From Perkinsus olseni (lineage: Eukaryota), in assembly GCA_013115125.1 (NCBI GenBank), contig JABANN010000169.1, positions 1 to 58,329 of the forward strand: DNA of 58,329 nucleotides, written 5' to 3'. Made by a program: the position numbers and the translations under genes. Below, one piece after another: positions 1 to 8,366 of this stretch. Below the pieces are notes generated by a model, which saw only the letters and a program-made list of their open reading frames with translations, made no database searches and was not told the origin of the DNA. The stretch's first letter is position 1, and each line of letters begins with the position of its first letter.

Positions 1-72
1 ATGGCGCGCGACGATTTGTACGTACAGATGTCAATACGTACGGATGAAAATACGTACAGATGTAGGGCTACG
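1..72. mobile_element. Probable end of an inserted element interrupting the adjacent gene
   Basis: Three spaced copies of TACGTAC(A/G)GATG. Similarity to the paralogue at 2436-3286 stops abruptly at about position 73. The rest of the element lies outside the window. Confidence 0.4.
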
Positions 73-547
73 AAATAGAGGCCCGGTGGCCAGGAACTGC
101 GTAAGAAAGAAGCACCGCTGCGAAAAGAAAGATACGAACAATGCAATCGCCCTACAAGGTCCCTTCGAACACCTCAGGTCGTGGACAAGTGATTTCAACT
201 GGTTGTATACCGTTTGTGTGTCGAGCTCTCAACTGCAAGGATTCCTCGTCGGGTGAGAAGAATTTGTGATTTGTGTAGTAGCAAACCGCACTGTTGTCTG
301 CGAGGACGAGCCGAGCTTCGTCCAGTTGAGGGAAGTCCTGAGAACAGCCGAATTGTGAAACACTCAGAGAGTAGTGGTAAGGTTGTTCTCAACAACAGTG
401 CCATTGAAAGCATACGATTGCCAACGAAGCTCATAATTCAGCAGCCATTCCTTGGCGACATACGAAAACACCTGCCGGTCTTACTTTGGCAATGGCGAGC
501 AAAGGAAAAACAGCTGTGGCTAGGATGAAGGTCTGCGTGGTCGGCAT
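73..547 (-). pseudogene. Truncated copy of a secreted hypothetical protein (paralogue of 2436-3286)
   Basis: Exon1 547-485 MPTTQTFILATAVFPLLAIAK (signal peptide); exon2 337-156 DFPQLDEARLVLADNSAVCYY...TCPRPEVFEGT; exon3 starts at 96 (SWPPGLYF), then homology is lost. Exon sizes (63 and 182 nt) match the paralogue. Confidence 0.7.
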
Positions 548-1006
548 TTGAGAGAGTGCCCCCAGTACTGTGTTAAAGATAGTACTGTTATGTTGGCTCG
601 TAGATTTCCTGCTCGATATCCTGCACTGTCAGGAAAACCTCAGTGGCAGTAGTGCGCTCGAGGAATTGGAAGAGATTGGAGCAAGATTCGACAAGTTGCA
701 TGCACAGAGCGGCCTCCCTTTCGCGCGCTTCCATAATCCTTGTTCCAACTTCACAACACTCTCACTCTCTTCGTGTACAGTTTAAATTCGCTAGACTGCT
801 CGGACCTACGCGCAGTCCGCACTTCCGCCAGTCCTCGGGTTCGCTTTTCCTCTGGGTTTTGGCTCTTAGCTGCTGACACTCGCAGTGGAAGGTTTTTATA
901 GGAATTTCCAGTCGCTACTTGCTTGATCAATCTCCGGGATGTCCCAAAATAGGTAGGCGTATAAGTCTGTGAAGCGCAGAACTGCGCTTCTTAGTGATGT
1001 CATCTA

Positions 1007-1538
1007 CACCATTTCCAGACCTACCCAGACCAAATTAGTTAAACCTAAGAGCAATTTAACAAAGCCCAGATCGAAATAGTAAAACCCCAAAGCAATTTAG
1101 GCGGCATGCGAGACGCATCCGGATCGTCCCTCCTCCCGGCCTGGGGACTCCGGCCTTGAGAGGCGGTAGAGCGAAGTCTTGGAAATGCGCTCCTGCCGTA
1201 CTGCGAGATGTAGCTCCGAAAAGGTGTTGAAGCGATTAGTTCAATCACGCCGAGACATTGTACCCTCGTTGCTCAGCTATGCAAGACATGCCAGTCGGAG
1301 CACCAATTCGAATGTTTCACGGTTATGTTTTAACCTGTGATCTGCAGGGTATCGAGGGCTCACTTCATGTAGCCTGACGATTGTAAGTTTTTACGTACTT
1401 CGTAAACTTGACTTGGTGACTTCGTCGAGCTCTACTAAATTGGTCTTTCATGAAACTTAATTGCTTTGGGGTTTTACTGTTTTGGTCTGGGTTTATCAAT
1501 TTGCTTTGAGGTTCTACTAAGCAGGTCTGGAAATGGTG
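1007..1538. mobile_element. MITE / non-autonomous DNA transposon, TA-flanked (Tc1/mariner-like)
   Basis: TA|CACCATTTCCAGACCT ... AGGTCTGGAAATGGTG|TA. The imperfect inverted repeat extends about 85-90 bp (e.g. AGTAAAACCCCAAAGCAATT and its reverse complement). No transposase. Confidence 0.8.
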
Positions 1539-1654
1539 TAGAAGAGGTAGCTCGCCCTCATAAATTGACGCAACCTTCCAGTGCCGAGCAGGATAACGTA
1601 GAACATGCGATAGCACTGCTGTCATAGCAGCGTTCAACGAAGACCCTTCGACTA

Positions 1655-1830
1655 CACCATTGACATTCTTGGTGTTAACAAATTCGATATGCGTCAAACT
1701 TTAACTTTATATTGACATTATTGGTGGTAACAAGTTTGACATGTGTCAAACTTGCGTGTTAATTGTCAAACTAGCTTGTGACATTGTCGTTCTTGCCTGT
1801 TCACTCGTCCAACTTGCACGGGAAATGGTG
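1655..1830. mobile_element. Short MITE with the same CACCATT terminus
   Basis: TA|CACCATT ... GGAAATGGTG|TA. The interior is rich in GTCAAACT and TGACAT subterminal-type repeats. Confidence 0.6.
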
Positions 1831-2435
1831 TAGTAGCAACAGGCCCAGGCCGGGAATGCCAAGGTGCCAATGACCGTCATCAGCGATGTACAACAAGCTC
1901 GCAACGTCAAGGCCCTTGATTCAAGGGCAATTCGGCGAGACGAGCCAGCTCCAGCAACAGTTCCCAGAAATCGCTGGCTTTCCGTTTGATGATGAGCGCT
2001 TCAAGCGTAAGAGTTTACGAGGACTGTACCCGGGGTACGCAGAAGATTCGATACTTTATCGAATAGCGTGTCGCGTAGCAGCAGAGTGGTGGTTGAGAAT
2101 GAGAAAGTGCTTCCCAACATCAATTCACACCTGTGGGCAAACCGTGGTTGCGGATCCTATATCGGGAAGACCAAGTAATGTCAACCCGATTAACTCACAG
2201 TAACCCGATTACATAGATGCCTTCCTACCTACGCCTAAAAGGCATCACGATATCTGCAGGCAAACCGCCAAGCATATCGCCCATTGATAAGACACTGGTG
2301 ACTTATCCTAGAGTAACACTGAATGACAGTAGGATTATTAAGTAACATCATTATCAGCATACATCTCAGTACAGCCCAAATGACTCGCAACATCTCACGT
2401 TCATGATGACAACACCTTGGCGTATGTAACCGTGG

Positions 2436-3286
2436 TCAATCGGGATTTAATGAAGATGAAGGACCGGGGTCGTTACTCTCCGGGCGCAATCTCGCCAACG
2501 CTGTCAGCAGGGCAAGGAGGACAGCCCCGGCGTCTCCCGCTCGTCGTCTGAAATTCCCCGGGGCGTAGGTGTCAACGACCTTGCAGAAGGACTTGAACGA
2601 AGTGAATTTATCCTGCAGCATCTCCCTCACAGCCGCACAAACTGCCTTCAATCTTGCACTAGTCTCCATCCCCTTCTCGCCCATAGCCTCCAAGCGTTCA
2701 TATCCAACGACCATTCCTTCCTCATTATCAGGGGTGTAGTTCAACTCCACGACGGTTGTGTTTAAGCTAGCCAGCTCTTCGCTAAAAGCCGACTCGTCAA
2801 AATAGAGGCCCGGTGGCCAGGAACTACATTAAGAAAGGCAGCGCTACGAGGTGGAAGATGCTAGCAACGCCATCGCCCTACAAGGTCCCTTCGAACACCT
2901 CAGGTCCTGTGCAGGTGATCACAACTGGTTGTATGCCAAGTGTGCGTCCAACGAACAGAGTCAGTGCCTCCTCGTGGCGGGTGAAGTGTTGGTGATTTGC
3001 GTAAACACAAGCCGCAGCGTTGTCTTCAAGTATGAGTGCCACTTTGTCCAGTGGAGGGAAGTCCTGATATCGGATGAATTGTGAAAGGTAAAGACGAGTA
3101 TACAGGTTGTTACGCCCAACGCTACCACCATCGACATGGCAGCATGCGATCGTTATCAACACTCATAATTGAACAGCAATTATTGCTTGCTGGCTTACAA
3201 AGACAGACACCTGCCGGTCTTACTCTGGCAATGGCGAGCAAAGGGAGAGCAGCTGTTGCTAGGATGAAGGCCTGTCTAGTCGGCAT
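2436..3286 (-). CDS. Secreted hypothetical protein, 3 exons, 210 aa
   Basis: Exons 3286-3224 (MPTRQAFILATAALPLLAIAR, signal peptide), 3063-2882 and 2823-2436 join in frame via GT-AG introns (633 nt). Structure is conserved with the copy at 73-547. Confidence 0.8.
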
Positions 3287-3856
3287 TTATGAGAGTGTCC
3301 ACAACACTGTGTGAAGAGATAGTGCTGTAGAAGCATTCCTGCTCGATCTCCTGCACTGCCAGGAAAACCTTCGAGAGAGGAGTGCGCTCGAGGAATTGCA
3401 AGGCATTGGAACGAAGTTGGACAAGTTGCGTGCACAGGGCAGCCCTCCCTTCGCGCTTTTCCATAATTCTCCGCCTTCCAAGAATTTCTCTTTCAGATGT
3501 TTAGGACTAAATCATTTCATACCTTCGAAAACTGAGGTCGTCCAACTTCGCAGCGTTTCTTCCGCTACTAACTCACACTCCACCCGAGCTAAGCTGCTGT
3601 CACTTATCCATTCGCAAAGAATTTCTAGTTTCGTTTTTCCCTCATTCTTGAGGTTGTGGATTGGCCTTTGCTTGCCGTCAGTCGTCAGCGAGAAGTTTTC
3701 TCCTCTGTCGTGCCTCCTTAGGCCAGCAACTCCAGTGAGTAAGCTTCGTATCGTGAACGAAACAGAATCGCCGAAACCAGAAAGATCTTACTGAGGTACT
3801 TCTCACTGCGCCTGGAAATTATCGCATCAACTTTCGTGACGGAAGGAAGTTCAGTC

Positions 3857-5839
3857 TCAGTCATCATCACTATCCAAGTCGATGTCCACCACCTCTCGGG
3901 GATAGGCAGGAGGCAGGTCACCGTGTTTGTGGGCAAGACGATTGCGGACGCTCTTCGAAAGCATTTTGGGCGACTTGTTGTCAGCGTCCTCCAACAGGTC
4001 TATAATAACCTAGATAACAGAGAGATGCTTCACAATGGATACCAAAGGAGAAGACTCCCACGGCGGACCAGTGGGGCGTCCGTTGATCCACTACTGTGCG
4101 ACAGAACCGTAGAGTGAGGGAAAACTGCACCGGACTTACATCCCACCACTCAGGCTGCTGTAGGCGGTCGCAGAGGAGGCGACTTGCAGGCCGGTCCAAG
4201 ATGTTGATTTTCTTAATCTTGGACAGATCAGAGGGAGGCCCTCCTTTGAGAACCTTCCGGTTGTCGGCACGTGGTGAGAAGACTGGGAGATCAAACTGAT
4301 GCAGAGCATCCGTGGCAGACCTAACGTGTCTCTCACTATCCCTCTCACCTGGACCTCGAAGTATTCAAGATTCTCATCAAGTTGGAAACCGAAGGCTCCA
4401 CTCCAGCGTTTAATTATGTCCATCTGATAGCGACCTTCGAGGACCTTGTTCTCAACCTGAACTCCGAGGAAGACATCACCGGAACCGCCAAGGAGAGGAG
4501 AACTCCCATTACCGCGTTGTTCCTCCGTATAACTCCACCATAGACGCATATGAAATCACCCTTTCGGAAATCTTTTGTTGCTACAAGCTTGTATCCAGGA
4601 TACGCAGGATGGTTCTCCTCACAGCGAACAACTGAGATCTGAGAAAGGCCACAGTGTAGTAGTCCGTAAGCACATCGTGGATTGATTGCCACATCTGGAA
4701 CCAAACACAATAATCCTCAAATTTCAAACCGACCGACCCAGAATCGACACCTGAGGGATTCGAACCCTCGCGGGCAGAGCCCAACGGCTTAGCAGGCCGC
4801 CGCCTTAACCACTCGGCCAAAGTGTCTTCGAGAGACAACCGTGTCATGACCTAGCCGCCCCGTTACTATCCGCTCGTCCCGCGACAGTTATTGTTACAGT
4901 CGCGACAGTTACAGTGATTGTCTTCACGGACGCCGACGAGTCAATCTTGCGACCGCTGTGCAGAAGGAATAGATGAAGTTCTTCGCACGGAAACCGAATG
5001 ATGAATACACGCACAGAAGGACAAGTAGGAAGTTGAGAATGGAGGCATGACATCGCCGATGATATGTGCTATTACCCCTTTCTCTGGTCCTGGTTTCAGC
5101 GGGCATGGACGTGAACTAGGCACGGTTCTAAACTCGCCGAACAGGAGCGCCTCTCTCAATGCTGATGTATGACAGCCCCCCTCGGCTGTGACGAATCCAC
5201 CGTCCAAGAGCACCCCGTCATAATAACTGAAGCCCTCTTGCCAAGATGTTCTGCTTATTTTCATACGCCTCTCCTCGGTGAGGCTCGGCTCCGAGTTCAT
5301 CACATTGTCCCAGTAAGTGGGCCCGTAGTGCACAAGGATCTCCTGCTTGCGTCTTATCGGTTTGGTTGCGACCAAACTCATGCATTGAACGGGAAGGCTG
5401 TCGTGCTCCGCCATGGGGTTGTCTGGACAGGCATCGCGACTGCTCTTCAGAATAAAACTGGCATTGGGGTCGTCAGCGTGGTTGGCAAAGCGGCCTTCAT
5501 TGCCTAAGTGTTAAAACGCCCTCCCTGGGATTCGAACCCGCGACCTCTTACCCACCCACTCAGCATCAAGTACTAAATCCCAGCTGTACCGTTCACTTTC
5601 ATCAACGTTGTCAATGCCCGTGAAGTCAATTTTCTCGGTTGTAGGAGCTGAAGGATCGACATCCCCGGTTCGATCCCCCGCACCGGCATCTCACAAAAAT
5701 ATGTCACGTCCTTGCCCCGGGTTGACCTTTTCTGCAGGCTCCTCGCAGCACCTTTCCCTAATCCATCATTCTTGCCCTCAGCAAGATCTTGCCGCAGTTG
5801 GCCTTTAATGAACGATAACATCACGCTGCTCAACTCCAT
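3857..5839 (-). CDS. SET-domain protein (putative lysine methyltransferase), multi-exon; 5' end uncertain, may extend to about 6.8 kb
   Basis: Spliced LVLDAEWVGNEGRFANHADDPNA and LVATKPIRRKQEILVHYGPTYW (SET C-half motifs, 5650-5300); GYKLVATKDFRKGDFICVYGGVI (SET N-half motif, 4605-4525); acidic end VVDIDLDSDDD* at 3857. Confidence 0.75.
4745..4826 (-). tRNA. tRNA-Ser(GCT): tRNA-Ser (anticodon GCT)
   Basis: GACACTTTGGCCGAGTGGTTAAGGCGGCGGCCTGCTAAGCCGTTGGGCTCTGCCCGCGAGGGTTCGAATCCCTCAGGTGTCG folds into a full cloverleaf with a long variable arm, A and B boxes, and loop CTGCTAA. Confidence 0.96.
5504..5551 (-). pseudogene. 48-nt spliceosomal intron consisting of a tRNA 3'-half remnant (sense)
   Basis: GTAAGAGGTCGCGGGTTCGAATCCCAGGGAGGGCGTTTTAACACTTAG: variable-loop AGGTC, exact B box GGTTCGAATCC, then TTTT. 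Removal restores ...EWVG-NEGRFANH. Confidence 0.8.
5648..5694 (+). pseudogene. tRNA-Phe-like 3'-half remnant forming a 47-nt intron of the SET gene in antisense
   Basis: Plus strand CTGAAGGATCGACATCCCCGGTTCGATCCCCCGCACCGGCA resembles the tRNA-Phe(GAA) 3' half. The minus strand reads GTGAG...CTTCAG and its removal joins DVTYFS-PTTEK in frame. Confidence 0.7.
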
Positions 5840-6875
5840 ACCACAACTTGCACAACAATTGGGTTCGCTCAGATGAACAGTAGGACGGGCCTACCTGTAC
5901 ATCCTAGACACTGACGAGGTCGACCAACCCCTCGCTATCAGTCGATCGAAACTGAGGGATGAACTCATTCCTCGACAAACGTCCCTACCACAGTTTCGAA
6001 TACATAGTGAGTAGCGACCAGCGTATCCAACCTATCCGCAACTCACCAGCTTCAACATAAGATACAAACTACCATCCCATTAAAAACCGTATACTCATTT
6101 CCGAACTCCCAGCGCTGAACTACCGCGGAATATTATCCCGAAGGCATGCGGCAGCATTCCAAAGATATCTTCGCACTCGATATATTCCACCCTCCAACCC
6201 CCTCCTATCACCATTCCTGAGACTCCAAGCAAAGCCGTCTATAGTCGCTCGCCGGCAACTCGTGCAGGCCATGGATCGACTCGCGAAGGAACCTGCCCAA
6301 CCCAGTGAGTGGGACGCTTTTCGTGTCACCACGATTACTCCAGGAGCTCCAGATCAACCGTTTCCAGATCTTTCGCGTCCCCTCCCGCCCGCCGAACCCT
6401 GTCCTTCAATCGCTCCCACTCGCCCTGAATTAATTGACACTCCTACACCCATCAAGGGCAGTCCGTACGAGCAGCCTGTCTCCAAGACCGGGCCGATTCT
6501 GCTGCCCTCGAACACTCATCAAGAGCACTATCCGATCACACTTCTCCTCGCACACTTCAATCCATTCATCAAGGTCCTCCTGGGAGACCGCCATCAACAA
6601 CTGCCCCTGCCATTGGTGATTCCATCCAGGACTGTTAACTCGACACCGTAGGTTACTGGATGCTGCTCATTGCGAATTTGGTACCACTTCGAGGAGGCCC
6701 CGAGAGTAATGACCAGTATGCTGCCGCCATCACCGCCTTCGCCGCTGACGCCACTTGAAGGAGCATCATCGTAAGACTTTTGAGGAGAACTGTACGCTGT
6801 TCAACGACGACCATCATCAAATGCATTTACTATAGTAGCTAGAGGTGTCAGAATATTCTTCAGTATTGAAGGCAG

Positions 6876-7685
6876 CTAACCTTCAATAGACTGCCGTACC
6901 TGTGTAAAGCATGCTCGACCTCAAGATTCTCCTCAGTTCAATTACCAGTCTGCGAACCTTCTTCTTGTAGGCTGGATAGTCCTTCTTAAACTCAACCTGG
7001 CAAAAGAGGAATCTTAGCTTGCAGCGTGCAGGATACGGATAGGTCGGAGAATACTTACTGCTGCATCAACATTAGCAGGTGAATCCAAATTGGGCGAGGC
7101 CAGCATAGATATAACAGAAACCAAGATAGACTCCACACTCAGACTGCATAAAATACACCACCCTAGAATTGAACCAGGGACCTTTCGCATAGCATTACAT
7201 TGGTCTCCATCGTTCATCTGCGGACTCTAGTTCATTAAACTGGTCTGTTCCCGGTGGGTGAAGAATTGATATGCACACCCGTCCATCTAAAAACATTTTC
7301 AGTTCTCCCAAACTCCCAAATTCCCACCCTCCCCCGTCTACCAGGATAGACGTTGGGATGCCACATGGGCGTCTCGAAGCGCATCGCGGGCGGGTTATTG
7401 GGGAAGTCCTCAGGGAACTGCAGTATCGCCGAGAAGAGGCCTCCTTCGTAAAGAGAGTCCGGAGGGCCTGTCAGTTACGCGCTGGGAAAGAGGTCGTTGT
7501 TGTTATTATTACCTTCAAAACAGACACGCCACTTGAAGAAGTCAGAATCGTCTTCTAGACCGACCGAAAATCCACAGGAGTCGTCCCTTGTTAACTCTAA
7601 GATTCGACAAAGATACGCCCAACTTGACCTCAAGATTCGCCGTACCAATAAGCTGCTTTTTGAGAAGCTCGCGAGCAACAGACAT
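6876..7685 (-). CDS. Ubiquitin-conjugating enzyme E2, UBE2G/Ubc7 (Cdc34-like acidic loop) family, 7 exons
   Basis: MSVARELLKKQLIELTRDDSCGFSVGLEDDSDFFKW...GPPDSLYEGGLF...[63 protein letters not shown]...VRQSIEG*. All junctions are GT-AG and in frame. Confidence 0.95.
7144..7198 (-). pseudogene. 55-nt intron of the E2 gene consisting of a tRNA 3'-half remnant (sense)
   Basis: GTAATGCTATGCGAAAGGTCCCTGGTTCAATTCTAGGGTGGTGTATTTTATGCAG: T-arm CCTGG-TTCAATT-CTAGG still pairs (one G-U), preceded by AGGTC and followed by TTTT. Removal gives [11 protein letters not shown]. Confidence 0.8.
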
Positions 7686-8366
7686 CAAACTATACGGAAA
7701 CAACTGAGATTAATGAGAACTGTCAGTTAGTGGAGAGACGCGCTGGTATCATAGGTTGAAGGGTGCAAGATACGAAATAGCTCATCGATGCGATCACGAG
7801 TCGACCTCGCAAAGACGAAGCGAACGTCATTGCAACGGATTCTGCAGAGGTGTGGGATGTTCTGAATCTGAACATATCCTGGCACAGGCGTTTACGTAGT
7901 AGAGAGCTGGATTTTTTCGCTCACCGTTTACACGCAGCGCATAATCGTTCGGAATTCTGAAATCGCACCTCGGGGCCATCCCTGGGCTCTCTGCTCACCC
8001 TCGTGAACGCTGGCGGCGTATCCAAGGTCGATGCTTACAACGGACGAATAAAGCACCGAGGATAACGACATCCGTGGCAATAATCGCGAGTTCAGACTTG
8101 TGACGATGCGCGAGTTAATCTCTGGGCACGTCCACTCTGCTTGTCATTGCTTCGAAGTTGAGACCCATTACTGCAGAGCCGCTTGAGCGGACGTGCAGTC
8201 TTCGCAATGGCAGAGGGATAGCTCGTTCGCTCTCCCCCGCGGTGTCGATTGATCTGACCAATGATTCTTGCACTTAATGGTTTCATACTAGGTTTTAAGG
8301 CCGTTATCACAGTTTGTCCCCCAATCCAGTACCACTCCTTCCCCAACTCGTCTCTACACCACACCG

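Noticed and set aside
1886-2203. 105-aa plus-strand ORF
   Set aside because: No motif, paralogue or splice support; not called.
4581-4847. 88-aa ORF
   Set aside because: It is a translation through the tRNA-Ser gene and out of frame with the SET exon.
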